Notes under the pieces: model-generated
Seen by the model: the letters and a program-made list of their open reading frames with translations, nothing else
The model's database searches: none
Told to the model about the DNA's origin: nothing
Assembly (NCBI GenBank): GCA_965221225.1
Contig: CBDCRV010000008.1
Span: forward strand, 223,570 to 287,569
Direction: 5' to 3'
Length of the DNA stretch: 64,000 nt
DNA from: Caldilineaceae bacterium
GTDB lineage: Bacteria > Chloroflexota > Anaerolineae > Caldilineales > Caldilineaceae
Position numbers and translations under genes: made by a program
Part shown: piece after piece, positions 10,294 through 21,115 of the stretch
How the letters are laid out: every line of letters begins with the position of its first letter
How positions within the stretch are numbered: position 1 is the first letter of the stretch

Positions 10294-12423
10294 ATGAGCT
10301 CGTATCCCGATTCACCTATTCCTTCATTTCCTGCGGCCGGCCTGATTCCGCTGCGACTGCGCCGCTTGGCCATCCTGTTCGCCATTCCTGTAGTCTTGGC
10401 CGCCTTGATTTCGGCTCGCCTGGTGCAATTCCACGTAATCCTTCATCAGAACCAGGACACTTCGAGCTTCGTCGATCGTAACCTCACTGAAATCGCCACC
10501 AGAGGAGTGATAGTCGATGCACGGGGAGATCTGCTGGCAGGTGATGTCTGGACTTACCGATTTGTAGTGCCTCACTTGGAGAATTTGAGTCCTCTCTACC
10601 GGGAATCTTTGGGTCTGCTGCTGGCGGGTGTAGGACAAGTTCCACGAAGTGATGTGACTGAAATCATGAACCGGGCACTGGATTCATTCAGCGAAAGATT
10701 GGCTGAGGAAAGAGATAGGTCCGCGAGGCTCGGCCAGAAGCCTTCGCCAGTCTTCGCTTACGTTGTGCTGAACAATGACCTGCATTTAGTGCAAGGCCAG
10801 TACTTGGAGGAACTGCAAAGGCGAGGAGTGCAAGCTGCCAATCTGTGGGATCTGTACCAGACCGGCGACGACAATGCATTCGCAAGTCTACAGGAAATCA
10901 TGCAGGAGGAGACTCTTGCACCGGGAATCGCCGGACCATCTCTAGCCAGAGTCATGTCCGACTTAGGTCTCCGGGCCAACTTGGAAGGCCAAGAAACAGA
11001 TTTCGGATTTTTTCGCAGTTTCAGACTGGAGCCAGATCCATCCCGATACTACACTCAGGGCTCCTTGAGTAGCCATGTATTGGGTCTGGTCAATGCCGAC
11101 CGGGAAGGGGTCAACGGGCTGGAAAGCTATTACCAGCGATTCTTGCGGGGTGAAGTTCAAATCCTAGACAAAGCAGGTTCACTGGGTGCCTTGACTCCAG
11201 AGGCTCGAAAATACATTCCATCCCACATGGGCGGCGACTTGGTGTTGACTATCGACATATCAATTCAGCACATAGTGGAACAGGAATTAAGATTCGCTAT
11301 CGAAAGGTACAACGTACAGCAAGGCGGCACCGTTATCGTGTTGGACCCACAGACAGGTGCAGTGTTGGCCATGGCCAACAGGCCGGATTTTCAACCGGGG
11401 GCCTTGGATCAGATCCCCGCAGACTCCAATGCCTTTACCAATTTGGCAGTGACTGGCGTTTATGAGCCAGGGTCCGTATTCAAAGTATTGACGATGGCAA
11501 CTGCCATCGATCTTGGAGTCATCCAACCGCATGAACAGTTTGTTGATTTTGGAAGATACGAAGTAGTGCCTGAGGCCATCATCAAGAATAGTGAAGACAG
11601 GATTCTGGGGCGTGTAACTGCCACTGAGGCACTGGCCTTTTCGCTAAATACAATTATTGTAGAGATCGCTCTAGAGAGAATTGGGCCCAGCGATTTCTAC
11701 GACTACCTCTTCAATTTCGGACTTGGAGAAGTCACGGGGATTGACTTGGCCCATGAGTTCAACGGCAGCTTAAAAGACAAGTATCCAGGCACGGTGAATT
11801 GGAACATTACCGACTTAGGAACCAACAGCTTTGGCCAAGGCTTAAACTTGACCCCCATCCAGATGGTCAACGCTATAAATACCGTGGCAAATGGTGGGAC
11901 TCTCATGAAGCCATATGTTGTTCAGCATCGCGTTCTGGAAGAAGGAGTCCTAACCTTTGCACCCACTATACTCCAAACCAACGTGATCAGTTCGGAAACC
12001 TCCGATATAGTTGCTGAAATGATGACTTTCACTGTCGACCGAGCCACGGTCGGGGCACAGGTACCAGGTTTCAAAGTGGCCGGCAAGTCCGGCACGGCGC
12101 AGGTTCCCGACCCAGATCGGATCGGAGTGTATTCCGAAGATGTAGTGATTTCCAGTTTTGTGGGCTTCGCTCCCGCGGATGACCCCAAATTCGTAATCCT
12201 GATCAAATTCAATGATCCCCATTCGGTGGACGGCTTCCCGGTTTGGGGCGCCCTCAATGCGGCCCCTACTTTCGGTCGGATCGCAGAGCGAATATTGGAC
12301 TATTTGAATGTGCCTCCTTCCTGCCATCCCGAGTGCTATGCCTCGCCGGTTCGACAACCCGACACCGAGCCCAGAAGTCCGGACGGGTTCGAATTGCCGG
12401 CACCGGGTGACGCCCAAGCCTAA
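10294..12423 (+). CDS. ftsI: Penicillin-binding protein 2/3 family transpeptidase
   Basis: N-terminal TM anchor. Class B PBP motifs are present: SVFK (SxxK), SLN (SxN) and KSGT. The maximal ORF starts at TTG 10243; ATG 10294 avoids overlap with ftsL. Confidence 0.9.
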   Translation: MSSYPDSPIPSFPAAGLIPLRLRRLAILFAIPVVLAALISARLVQFHVILHQNQDTSSFVDRNLTEIATRGVIVDARGDLLAGDVWTYRFVVPHLENLSPLYRESLGLLLAGVGQVPRSDVTEIMNRALDSFSERLAEERDRSARLGQKPSPVFAYVVLNNDLHLVQGQYLEELQRRGVQAANLWDLYQTGDDNAFASLQEIMQEETLAPGIAGPSLARVMSDLGLRANLEGQETDFGFFRSFRLEPDPSRYYTQGSLSSHVLGLVNADREGVNGLESYYQRFLRGEVQILDKAGSLGALTPEARKYIPSHMGGDLVLTIDISIQHIVEQELRFAIERYNVQQGGTVIVLDPQTGAVLAMANRPDFQPGALDQIPADSNAFTNLAVTGVYEPGSVFKVLTMATAIDLGVIQPHEQFVDFGRYEVVPEAIIKNSEDRILGRVTATEALAFSLNTIIVEIALERIGPSDFYDYLFNFGLGEVTGIDLAHEFNGSLKDKYPGTVNWNITDLGTNSFGQGLNLTPIQMVNAINTVANGGTLMKPYVVQHRVLEEGVLTFAPTILQTNVISSETSDIVAEMMTFTVDRATVGAQVPGFKVAGKSGTAQVPDPDRIGVYSEDVVISSFVGFAPADDPKFVILIKFNDPHSVDGFPVWGALNAAPTFGRIAERILDYLNVPPSCHPECYASPVRQPDTEPRSPDGFELPAPGDAQA

Positions 12424-12450
12424 TGGTCCTTGACAATTGAAGTTGCTTGC

Positions 12451-13956
12451 ATGGTAGAGACTCACATAACGCACCACACGCTTTGGCACGCGCTGACAGG
12501 CCAGCCGCCTCCTTTACAGTTGCTGCCGATCTCGATCCAAGGAGCTACCACTGACAGCCGTGAGGTAGTGCCTGGTTCTCTTTTTGCCGCTTTGCCTGGA
12601 GAAATTACCCATGGCAACCGTTTCGTTGCGAATGCTCTGGAGTCAGGGGCCAGCGCCATTGTTTGCCAAGAAGATGCACTTAGGGACCTGGACACGACTT
12701 ACGTGCCCGTGGCCTATTGTAGGGATGCCCGACTCCAGTGGCCGCGGGGACAAGAGCCATTGACCGCAGGCCAATGCGTCTGTTACGTAGTACCCAATGC
12801 GATGGAGGCCATCCAGCTCGTAGGTGTGTTCCAAAGGCTGCACCGCACCCGCACCAGTCTACGCATAGTTGGTATCACTGGAAGCGTGGGCAAAACCAGT
12901 ACTAAGGAATTGGCCCACTCAGTTCTGAGTCAACATTTCGAAACGTACAGGACGCCTGGCAATTTCAACGGAGAACATGCTCTGCCCCTGGTGTTAATGG
13001 GGCTCAAATACAGTCATGAACGCCTGGTGACAGAGATGGGGATGTATCGACTGGGTGAGATCGCTGAGATGTGCCGGCTGACTCAGCCGCAGGTTGGTAT
13101 CGTGACTAACATCGGACCCAGCCATTTGGAACGGCTCGGTTCAATGGAACACATTTTCGAGGCCAAATCCGAATTGATCCGGGCTCTGCCGCCAGCCTCC
13201 GCGGGTGGTGTTGCGATTCTCAACTGGGACGACAACAGATTGCGTCTCATGGCCGACTTGACCAAAGCGCTTGTCTACAAGGTAGGGTTGACTCCTGATT
13301 GCGATATTTGGGCAGACCGGATCGAAAGTGCAGGTTTCAAGGGCATCCATTTCCGGTTGCACCTTCCCATGCCCCACAGCCGAGCTCTACATGTAAGAAT
13401 GCCTCTCTTGGGTCGCCACAGCGTTCACAATGCTTTATTGGCTACTGCACTTGGATTAAGCGAAGGGCTGCCTTTACAGAAAATCTTGGCAGGTCTTAGG
13501 GATACCAGCAACCAAGTGCGGTTGTTACTCGTAGGGGGCATAAATCAGAGTACGCTTCTGGACGATACCTATAACGCCAGTGAGGAAAGCTGTATAGCCG
13601 CTTTGAATTTGCTGTCTGACCTCGCTCCAGAACGAGCCGGAAGGCGCATCGCGGTTCTGGGCGACATGTTGGAATTGGGTACTTCCACAGAGATTAGCCA
13701 CATCAAAGTCGGACGCCGAGCCGCCGAGATTGCAGACAGACTGATCACGATAGGAAAGTTAGGCAGTTTAATAGGGCAGTCCGCTTTGGATGTAGGTATG
13801 CCTGAAGAAGCCGTGCAGGTCCTTCCAGATGCCGCCTCTGCTGTCTCGCTCCTCAAGAAAGAGATCGGCCCGGACGATCTGGTGCTGTTCAAAGGCAGCA
13901 GGGCCATAGGCATTGATACAGTAGTAGCAGACGTGAGTGTACCTGCAGGTCAATAA
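12451..13956 (+). CDS. murF: UDP-N-acetylmuramoyl-tripeptide--D-alanyl-D-alanine ligase
   Basis: [14 protein letters not shown]-loop and [15 protein letters not shown] (MurF-type DxYNANP-like block). An alternative TTG start lies at 12430. Confidence 0.9.
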   Translation: MVETHITHHTLWHALTGQPPPLQLLPISIQGATTDSREVVPGSLFAALPGEITHGNRFVANALESGASAIVCQEDALRDLDTTYVPVAYCRDARLQWPRGQEPLTAGQCVCYVVPNAMEAIQLVGVFQRLHRTRTSLRIVGITGSVGKTSTKELAHSVLSQHFETYRTPGNFNGEHALPLVLMGLKYSHERLVTEMGMYRLGEIAEMCRLTQPQVGIVTNIGPSHLERLGSMEHIFEAKSELIRALPPASAGGVAILNWDDNRLRLMADLTKALVYKVGLTPDCDIWADRIESAGFKGIHFRLHLPMPHSRALHVRMPLLGRHSVHNALLATALGLSEGLPLQKILAGLRDTSNQVRLLLVGGINQSTLLDDTYNASEESCIAALNLLSDLAPERAGRRIAVLGDMLELGTSTEISHIKVGRRAAEIADRLITIGKLGSLIGQSALDVGMPEEAVQVLPDAASAVSLLKKEIGPDDLVLFKGSRAIGIDTVVADVSVPAGQ

Positions 13957-14993
13957 TGGCAATTCCATTGATGCTTGGCACTCTTAGTTTCCTGACAGCT
14001 GTAATCTGGGGACGCCCTCTTATTAGCCTGCTTAAGCACTATGGAATCGGGAAATGGGTGCGAGTTTCAGGCCCAAAGGGGCATCTCGCCAAAATGGGCA
14101 CCCCTACCATGGGTGGCTGGATGTTTGTCCTGCCCAGCCTACTGATTACCGGCTCACTTAACATTTTCAATTTCATCGGTTTCAATGTCATTGGAGCCAG
14201 TACTTTGCTGCTCTTCTTTTGTTTGGGAGCATTTGCCCTTCTAGGTACTTATGACGATCTCAAGAGTCTGGTACGCAATAAGGAGAAGATGGAAGCCGAG
14301 CTTGGCGAAGGAGAGGAAGAAGACAGAGGCATGACAGCCAAAGTCAAGAGCGGAGTACAGATTGTGCTCGCCACCATCATAGCTCTGGTGCTATATTTCG
14401 GACCCCCCCAATTGGATGCAGTGGGGGTGCCTGGCGTAGCGCGGCCGGTAACAGTGGGGTGGATTACTGTTCCCATAGCCATTTTTCTGATTGTCGGGTT
14501 CAGTAACGCTGTGAATTTGGCAGACGGGCTCGATAGTTTGGCCGGTAGCATGGCTACGGTTTCCTTCGTTTCTTACGGCATTATTGCGAGTCTGCAGGGC
14601 TCCACTTACATTGCCATCTTCTGCTTCATCGTAGTGGGTTCCCTATTTGCTTTCCTCTGGTACAACGCCCATCCGGCCCAGCTATTTATGGGTGACACGG
14701 GCAGTCTTGCTTTAGGGGCCACGCTCGCTTTGGTGGCCTTGATGACGCAACAGTGGCTAATACTGCCAGTGATCGGCCTTATCTTTGTGGCGGTGGCCTT
14801 GTCCGTCATCATCCAAGTAATCAGTTCCAAACTTAGTTTGAGGTATCTGAATCGAGACTGGCGGCCCTTCAAAATGACTCCGTTACAGCACCACTTCGAA
14901 CTGATCGGCTGGAGTGAAATGCAGGTCAAGGAAAGGTTCTGGATCGTGAGCGTACTCAGCGGTATGTTGGGTGTGGCATTGGCCTTGTTCTAA
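13956..14993 (+). CDS. mraY: Phospho-N-acetylmuramoyl-pentapeptide transferase
   Basis: 345-aa polytopic protein with [32 protein letters not shown] and PLQHHFE. The start overlaps the murF stop as TAATG. Confidence 0.95.
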   Translation: MAIPLMLGTLSFLTAVIWGRPLISLLKHYGIGKWVRVSGPKGHLAKMGTPTMGGWMFVLPSLLITGSLNIFNFIGFNVIGASTLLLFFCLGAFALLGTYDDLKSLVRNKEKMEAELGEGEEEDRGMTAKVKSGVQIVLATIIALVLYFGPPQLDAVGVPGVARPVTVGWITVPIAIFLIVGFSNAVNLADGLDSLAGSMATVSFVSYGIIASLQGSTYIAIFCFIVVGSLFAFLWYNAHPAQLFMGDTGSLALGATLALVALMTQQWLILPVIGLIFVAVALSVIIQVISSKLSLRYLNRDWRPFKMTPLQHHFELIGWSEMQVKERFWIVSVLSGMLGVALALF

Positions 14994-15012
14994 TTGGAAG
15001 GACAATCAGAAA

Positions 15013-16521
15013 GTGGCTATTTCTACATTGCGAGGATCCTTCGCTGGTCTTCCCGTGATGGTCCTTGGCTTGGCCAGGCAGGGCTGGGAGGCGCTTTCCT
15101 TTTTTGCCGGCCAGGGAGCCTACATTACAGCCTGCGACCGGTCTGCGGTGTCCACCGCACCTCTGATTGACGTAACAGAAGTGAATCGAGTGCGTTTCTG
15201 TCTAGGGTCCCAGCACATCGGACTATTGCAGGGCCAGCAGTTGCTCTGCGTTTCAGCCGGCGTACCGCGGGAGCTGCCCATTATTCAGGCAGCGGTTAGC
15301 TCCGGTATTCCTGTTGTCAATGATTCATTGCTTACCTTGGCGCGTTCGAAGGCCCAAAAGGCAATTGTTACCGGCAGCAATGGCAAGACAACTACAACTA
15401 TCTTGGCCGGCGCATTGCTGAAAGCTGGTGCAAAACCGGGCCAGCGAGTCTGGGTCGGCGGGAACGTGGGAGTACCCTTGCTACAGCGGGCTGATGCCAT
15501 GTCCAGTCAGGACCAGTTACTCTGGGAAGCAAGCAGCTATCAGTTGGAATTGTTTGATTCCACTTCCAACCCAATGTTGAGGGAAAGTCAGGTCGATGCA
15601 GCCGTGTTCCTCAATCTCACACCCAACCATTTGGACCGGCATGCCGGCATGGCTTCCTACGCGTCCGCTAAATTGCGGGTACTTGATGCCATTCGGAAAG
15701 AGGGTCTGTTGGTCTTGAATCAGGACGACCCGGCCTGTAGGCTCTTACTTGACCTGACTTCACCCACTCCCTTCCAGTTTCCGGATGCAGAAGATTGCAC
15801 TCGGCTCCTGCGCGAGGGCAGAGAAAGACTTAGGGCCAAGCGCGTCACTTTGATACCCATTTCCACCACCGAAAACCTTCCCAAGGGTGCCAGTTTCCAT
15901 GCCGGTGTCCTGCAATTTGATGGCGTACCTATTGTTTTTGCATCAGAGCTAAAGCTGCGCGGACGTCACAACCTGACCAATGTGCTGGCAGCCTGCGCTT
16001 TGGCCGCCAGTATGGGGACCAAAGTGGAGGAAATGGGCCAAGTCCTGCGCACTTTCCCAGGAGTGCCCCACAGGTTGGAGGAAGTGGCTCGCGGTAACGG
16101 GATAGTATGGATAAATGACAGCATTGCCACATCGCCTGAGCGTGCTGTAGCTGGCATGCGCAGCTGCTTCAGCGCCACTAGCTCTCTAATTCTGCTGGCA
16201 GGGGGGTACGACAAGGGCCTACCATGGCAGGAATTCGCAGCCACAGTCAGTTGCTGTGTGCGGCATCTCATTCTCTTTGGAGAAGCTGGTCCAGCGATTG
16301 CCAGGGCAGTTGCTGCTTCAGAAGGAAAAAAGAATGCAGAGAAATTGGACGTCAGAGTGGAACGGAACTTGGAAAACGCTGTTCGAAAGGCTGCCCAACT
16401 TGCAAAACCATACAGCACAGTGTTGCTGTCTCCCGGTGCTGCCAGTTTTGACGAGTATTCCGACTTCGAAGCCCGCGGCCAGCATTTTAAAGAACTAGCT
16501 CTTGAAGTGAATCAAGTTTAA
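15013..16521 (+). CDS. murD: UDP-N-acetylmuramoylalanine--D-glutamate ligase
   Basis: VTGSNGKTTTT P-loop and an N-terminal Rossmann-like VMVLGLARQG. GTG 15013 is preceded by GGAAGGA. The maximal ORF starts at GTG 14971, inside mraY. Confidence 0.9.
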   Translation: MAISTLRGSFAGLPVMVLGLARQGWEALSFFAGQGAYITACDRSAVSTAPLIDVTEVNRVRFCLGSQHIGLLQGQQLLCVSAGVPRELPIIQAAVSSGIPVVNDSLLTLARSKAQKAIVTGSNGKTTTTILAGALLKAGAKPGQRVWVGGNVGVPLLQRADAMSSQDQLLWEASSYQLELFDSTSNPMLRESQVDAAVFLNLTPNHLDRHAGMASYASAKLRVLDAIRKEGLLVLNQDDPACRLLLDLTSPTPFQFPDAEDCTRLLREGRERLRAKRVTLIPISTTENLPKGASFHAGVLQFDGVPIVFASELKLRGRHNLTNVLAACALAASMGTKVEEMGQVLRTFPGVPHRLEEVARGNGIVWINDSIATSPERAVAGMRSCFSATSSLILLAGGYDKGLPWQEFAATVSCCVRHLILFGEAGPAIARAVAASEGKKNAEKLDVRVERNLENAVRKAAQLAKPYSTVLLSPGAASFDEYSDFEARGQHFKELALEVNQV

Positions 16522-16527
16522 GCCTCA

Positions 16528-17700
16528 ATGAATCAGACCGGCACGCTAACGGGTATCTGGTCCCGTGAAGAGGTTCAGTCTCGTCTGCATCAGTTCGATT
16601 GGGTGCTGATTGGTTCGCTTGGCACCTTGCTTACCCTAGGTCTGATCATGGTATTTAGCGCGAGTTACTATGAAGGCCTTCAAGGTAGCGATCCCGATGG
16701 GCTTCATCACTTCAAAAGGCAGTCCTTATGGATACTTGCTGGCCTAGTCTGTTTCTTCTTCTTGGCCAATTTTCCATACAAACTGCTGGCCCGAGCCAGC
16801 GGAGGCATCTTTGCCTTTTTCCTGCTCCTCTTAGTGGCCGTACTGGTCGTGGGCCCACAGATTTTTGGAGCGCAGCGGCTTCTCTTCGGTTCCAGCTTCC
16901 AACCGAGTGAATTCACCAAACTGGCAGTCATCTTATATAGCAGCCACTGGCTAGTTAGTAAGGGAGATCGCCTACAGGACTTCAATATTGGCTTGATTCC
17001 GTACGGGATCATGATTGGATTGGTGTCAATATTGCTTTTCCTGCAACCGGATATTTCCATGACGCTGCTAATTGGCGCAACGGCCTTTGCCCTTTTCTAT
17101 GTGGCCAGTGGAAACGTTAAGCAATTGCTGTTAGTGGTTGGAATTGCCACTATTTTCACAGGCATGGTCGTCATGATCTACCCCTATCTAGGGGAACGGA
17201 TCAGTGACTTCATGGGTACTATCCAGGATCCCGTGAACAGCGCAGGTTGGCAGGAACGAAATACGGTGCGGGCCTCCATTCGAGGTGGGTTATGGGGGAC
17301 AGGCATCGGCCAGGGGCAGATGAAGACGCTTTGGTTGGTACTGCCGTGGACAGATGCCATTTTCGCAGTAATTGGGGAAGAAACGGGCCTGGTTGGCAGT
17401 TTATTAGTGTTGTTCCTGTTTGGAGTCATTGCCTTTCGGGGTTTGTACATCGCTTATTTCGCTCCGAACACCTTCGGACAGATGGTCGCCATCGGCATCA
17501 TTTTCCTGCTGGTAATTCAAGCTTTGCTGCACATGGCTGTGGTGCTTAGCCTCTTTCCAGTAACTGGAATGACTTTGCCTTTTATCAGCTATGGCGGCTC
17601 TTCTATGGTGATGTGGATGATGGCTATGGGCATTTTGGTCAACATTGACCACTGCCGACGCAAAGCTGAACACGAACGCCTTACTCAAGTCACGCCATGA
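16528..17700 (+). CDS. ftsW: SEDS-family peptidoglycan glycosyltransferase FtsW
   Basis: 390 aa with about 10 hydrophobic segments. FtsW/RodA blocks include QPSEFTKLA, AIFAVIGEETG and LPFISYGGSSM. Confidence 0.9.
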   Translation: MNQTGTLTGIWSREEVQSRLHQFDWVLIGSLGTLLTLGLIMVFSASYYEGLQGSDPDGLHHFKRQSLWILAGLVCFFFLANFPYKLLARASGGIFAFFLLLLVAVLVVGPQIFGAQRLLFGSSFQPSEFTKLAVILYSSHWLVSKGDRLQDFNIGLIPYGIMIGLVSILLFLQPDISMTLLIGATAFALFYVASGNVKQLLLVVGIATIFTGMVVMIYPYLGERISDFMGTIQDPVNSAGWQERNTVRASIRGGLWGTGIGQGQMKTLWLVLPWTDAIFAVIGEETGLVGSLLVLFLFGVIAFRGLYIAYFAPNTFGQMVAIGIIFLLVIQALLHMAVVLSLFPVTGMTLPFISYGGSSMVMWMMAMGILVNIDHCRRKAEHERLTQVTP

Positions 17701-18866
17701 AGATACTTTGTGCCGGAGGCGGCACCGCTGGCCATGTGTATCCAGTCTTGGCAATTCTGGATGACTTGCGGTCAATGTGCCGACACAGGGGTGGGGGATT
17801 GCAAATAGAGTGGCTGGGCCGAAGAAGGGGCATTTCTCAGAAACTTGTGGAGGCTGCCGGTATTCGGCATCGTCAAGTGGCTAGCGGGCAAGTCAGAGCC
17901 GTAAACCCATTGATCCAAGCCCTAAGCCTAATAAGAGTAGGAGTCGGAATCCTACAGGCTCTTTGGCTGGTAGCTAGATTTAGGCCGGACTTCTGTCTGG
18001 CTACCGGGGGCAATGCAGCCGCTCCCGGAGGGATCGCTGCCTACCTACTGGGTATTCCACTCCTGATTTTCATGCCAGATGCTTCGCCCGGAATTACTGA
18101 CCGATTGCTGATTCGATTGGCCCGCAAGGTGTTTGTGGCCAACGAAGAAGCTCTGCCGTATACGCTTGACAAAGGGGAAGTCACTGGATACCCAGTTCGC
18201 AATTCCCTAGTTGAAGCCATAAGAAATCGTGACCAAGCCCGGCAATCTTTGAAAGAAGCATTGGGATTAGAAGCCCTCACTTTGAACTGTCCCAACGGCA
18301 AGTTTCCGCCTCTCTTGCTGGTAAGTGGTGGGAGCCTTGGTGCTCGAAGTCTTAACAACGCAATCCTGGAATGTTTGGGCTCTCTATTGAACCTCTGCGT
18401 GTTATTGCTCGTGACGGGGGAAGGCGAATATCCTTCCGTTACAGCCCGAACGAAGGATATGGAACTCACTCAAACGCAACGCCGCCGCTTGAAAGTGGTG
18501 CCCTATCTACACTCAGAGTTCGCTGTCGCTTTGGCCACAGCCGACTTGGCTGTAATGAGATCCGGAGCCAGTGTGTTAGGAGAATTACCTGTAACCTGTA
18601 CACCCGCCGTTCTGGTTCCCCTACCTGGTTCAGGCGGTCACCAGTGGGCCAACGCTCAAGCCTTATTGGCAAAGGGTGCTTGCCTGGTGCTGGACAATTC
18701 GGAACTTTCCGAACAGCTTTGGCCCACCCTGGAAAGTCTTCTGCAGCATCCTGAGAAACTGAAAGAAATTGAACAGCGATTGCATGGCCTGGCTCGCCCG
18801 GATGGGTCCCAGCGCGGGGCAAAGGCAATTTTGGACACCATCCAGTCCTTATCTCGAAACCCATGA
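17697..18866 (+). CDS. murG: UDP-N-acetylglucosamine--N-acetylmuramyl-(pentapeptide) pyrophosphoryl-undecaprenol GlcNAc transferase
   Basis: N-terminal GGGTAGHVYPVLAI and C-terminal SGASVLGEL...PGSGGHQWANA. ATGA overlap with the ftsW stop. Confidence 0.9.
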   Translation: MKILCAGGGTAGHVYPVLAILDDLRSMCRHRGGGLQIEWLGRRRGISQKLVEAAGIRHRQVASGQVRAVNPLIQALSLIRVGVGILQALWLVARFRPDFCLATGGNAAAPGGIAAYLLGIPLLIFMPDASPGITDRLLIRLARKVFVANEEALPYTLDKGEVTGYPVRNSLVEAIRNRDQARQSLKEALGLEALTLNCPNGKFPPLLLVSGGSLGARSLNNAILECLGSLLNLCVLLLVTGEGEYPSVTARTKDMELTQTQRRRLKVVPYLHSEFAVALATADLAVMRSGASVLGELPVTCTPAVLVPLPGSGGHQWANAQALLAKGACLVLDNSELSEQLWPTLESLLQHPEKLKEIEQRLHGLARPDGSQRGAKAILDTIQSLSRNP

Positions 18867-19450
18867 ATCAAACCTTAATCGCTATCCTTTTCTACTTTGC
18901 CTTATGTGCAGGAATCGGATATTCGCGTGGGCTGCGGCGGGAAACTCTCGTACTTGGGGTCTCGACCATGGTATTGGCTGGATCCGTTTTAGTACAGAAT
19001 CAGCTCCTTGATCAGTTGTGGACCAGCATATCGGAGGGGGACCAACTATTGCCATCCTGGTCTAAACTGATGCCCGAGAGCACTTGGATATCCATCAGGC
19101 GCCAGCTGCAGAATTCTCCAGTTTCGCTGTTGGTCTGGCTGTCTTCTTGCGTATCGGCCTATTGGTTCTCTCAGACCCACCTTCAACAAGGCAGGAATCC
19201 CAGACGTGCGCTGGGGAGCGTTGCATCAATCTTGAATGGCGCACTGTACTTGAATCTGATGGTTCCCCTGCTGAGCCGCAACCTGTTATGGCCTACTTTC
19301 AACCTACCCTCAATTCAAGCCGCGGATCTCAGCGACCGCGCTGTGGAGCTCCTGGACATCACTGTGGCCAACCGACCTACTGTACTCACCGTTATAGCCA
19401 TCGCCGCACTTATCTATCTGGTCAGCCGGCGCCGACAGGCTCGCAGTTGA
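18863..19450 (+). CDS. CvpA-like (colicin V production family) integral membrane protein
   Basis: 195 aa with about 4 hydrophobic helices. The N-terminus LIAILFYFALCAGIGYSRGLRRETLVLGV resembles the CvpA GxxRGxxRExLxL signature, from my memory of E. coli CvpA. ATGA overlap with the murG stop. Confidence 0.45.
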   Translation: MNQTLIAILFYFALCAGIGYSRGLRRETLVLGVSTMVLAGSVLVQNQLLDQLWTSISEGDQLLPSWSKLMPESTWISIRRQLQNSPVSLLVWLSSCVSAYWFSQTHLQQGRNPRRALGSVASILNGALYLNLMVPLLSRNLLWPTFNLPSIQAADLSDRAVELLDITVANRPTVLTVIAIAALIYLVSRRRQARS

Positions 19451-19567
19451 GACATTTCACTTGACAGAATCTGATCGGATGGACTACTACTCCCATCGAT
19501 CTTTGGGTCCCGCATCTCGTTTCCTCCTGTCCTGGCTTTTTCCACTAAGATCAGATGTCTATACCTA

Positions 19568-21115
19568 ATGGTTCTTTCCACGCTTGACCAACCCTTAACG
19601 CCCGCTTGGGACAAGAGACTGCGCGCAGTGGACCCAAGTTTACGGGTTTACATTATGGGCATTGGGGGGGCTGGGCTGGCACCCCTCGCCATGGTTCTAC
19701 AGGAAATGGGAATTCAGGTCTCCGGTAGCGAACTGCATCCAACTGCGGCTACGATGGAACTGCAGAAACGGCACATTCCAGTCAATATTGGTCAGACGGC
19801 GGAGCATTTGCAGGGATTGGCGGAGACGCACCGGCCCCACGTTGTGCTCCACTCCAGCGCGGTGCCTGAAGCCAATCCCGAATGGCGACAAGCAGCCTCC
19901 TTGGGCCTGCCTCTTGTGACCCGCGCCCGGTTTTTGCCAGCTCTATTAGCCGAGAGGGAGGTTGTAGCAGTTGCGGGAACTCATGGCAAGAGCACTACTA
20001 CCTCCATGCTTGTACAGATTCTCAAGGCCTCAGGGCGTGAGCCCGGTTACGTTGTTGGGGCTTCCAGCCATAGACTGAAGGCCGGTCAGGCTGGAAAAGA
20101 GAAACTCTTTGTTATCGAAGCAGATGAATACGATGGTATGTTTCTGGGATTGGCTCCCCTAGGTGCCGTAGTAACTTCCGTGGAATGGGATCATCCGGAT
20201 TGCTATCCTTCTCCGGGGGATTTTCACGATGCTTTCAAAGCCTTCTTAGAGCAAGTACACCCCTTGGGGTTCGTGATATACAACGGAGACAATGTATTTC
20301 TGCGTTCCTGGCAGAATTCGCAGAAAAGCCCTTCTCGTGCTTATGTATCCTTCGGTCTGGCACCGGAACGAGACTGGATATTACTGCCAAAGGATCCAGA
20401 TTCGGCTCCGGCTTCCACTTTCGACATTGTTTCCCAGAACAGGTCTGTAAGATTCGAGGGGAGATTGCCAACGGCCGGTGTTTTCAATCAGTTAAACGCT
20501 TTGGCCGCTTTGTTGGCTGCCTGCCAAGTGGGTGCAATACCGGAAGAAGCCGTGAACTCTCTCGCGGGTTTCCAGCCCATAAAGCGGCGCTACGAGTACA
20601 GGGGAAGTCCAGGGGGAATCCACCTCATCGATGACTATGCTCACCATCCTTCTGCTGTGCGCTATACGTTAGCAATGGCGAGAGGCCAGCGAGGGGAATC
20701 TCCACTTTGGGCCGTGTTTCAGCCCCACACTTACAGCCGAACTGCAGCCTTAATAAAGGATTTTGCCAAGTCCTTTGAATACGCCGACCGTGTAGTGATA
20801 TTGCCTACTTTCGCGGCCCGAGAAGTACCTGCTGACGGGATGGATGGATGGGAGTTGTTTAGGGCTCTGACCCATAGTGCTGCAATTTATTGCGCTAGTT
20901 TCGAGGACGCTTTCGAGCTATTGCAGGACGAAGCAAGCCCAGGGGATACCGTGGTCGTGATGGGGGCAGGGGACTGCATAAAATTAACCAACAGAATGCT
21001 TGAAGGTCTGGGCCCAGAAACTGTAGACCGTAGTATCAAAGGGAACATTTCCGGTTCGAGTGCCGGCAGTCCGCAGCCCCCAGTTGAAGGCGACTCTGGC
21101 TCCCATGCGTGCTGA
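19568..21115 (+). CDS. murC: UDP-N-acetylmuramate--L-alanine ligase
   Basis: IMGIGGAGLAPLA, VAVAGTHGKSTTTSM, IEADEYD and DDYAHHP. Confidence 0.92.
   Translation: MVLSTLDQPLTPAWDKRLRAVDPSLRVYIMGIGGAGLAPLAMVLQEMGIQVSGSELHPTAATMELQKRHIPVNIGQTAEHLQGLAETHRPHVVLHSSAVPEANPEWRQAASLGLPLVTRARFLPALLAEREVVAVAGTHGKSTTTSMLVQILKASGREPGYVVGASSHRLKAGQAGKEKLFVIEADEYDGMFLGLAPLGAVVTSVEWDHPDCYPSPGDFHDAFKAFLEQVHPLGFVIYNGDNVFLRSWQNSQKSPSRAYVSFGLAPERDWILLPKDPDSAPASTFDIVSQNRSVRFEGRLPTAGVFNQLNALAALLAACQVGAIPEEAVNSLAGFQPIKRRYEYRGSPGGIHLIDDYAHHPSAVRYTLAMARGQRGESPLWAVFQPHTYSRTAALIKDFAKSFEYADRVVILPTFAAREVPADGMDGWELFRALTHSAAIYCASFEDAFELLQDEASPGDTVVVMGAGDCIKLTNRMLEGLGPETVDRSIKGNISGSSAGSPQPPVEGDSGSHAC

Noticed and set aside
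11950-12489. 179-aa minus-strand ORF
   Set aside because: It is antisense to the ftsI C-terminus and the murF start, and its product has no motifs.
15966-16418. 150-aa minus-strand ORF
   Set aside because: It is antisense to murD, an Ala/Arg/Ser-rich shadow ORF.
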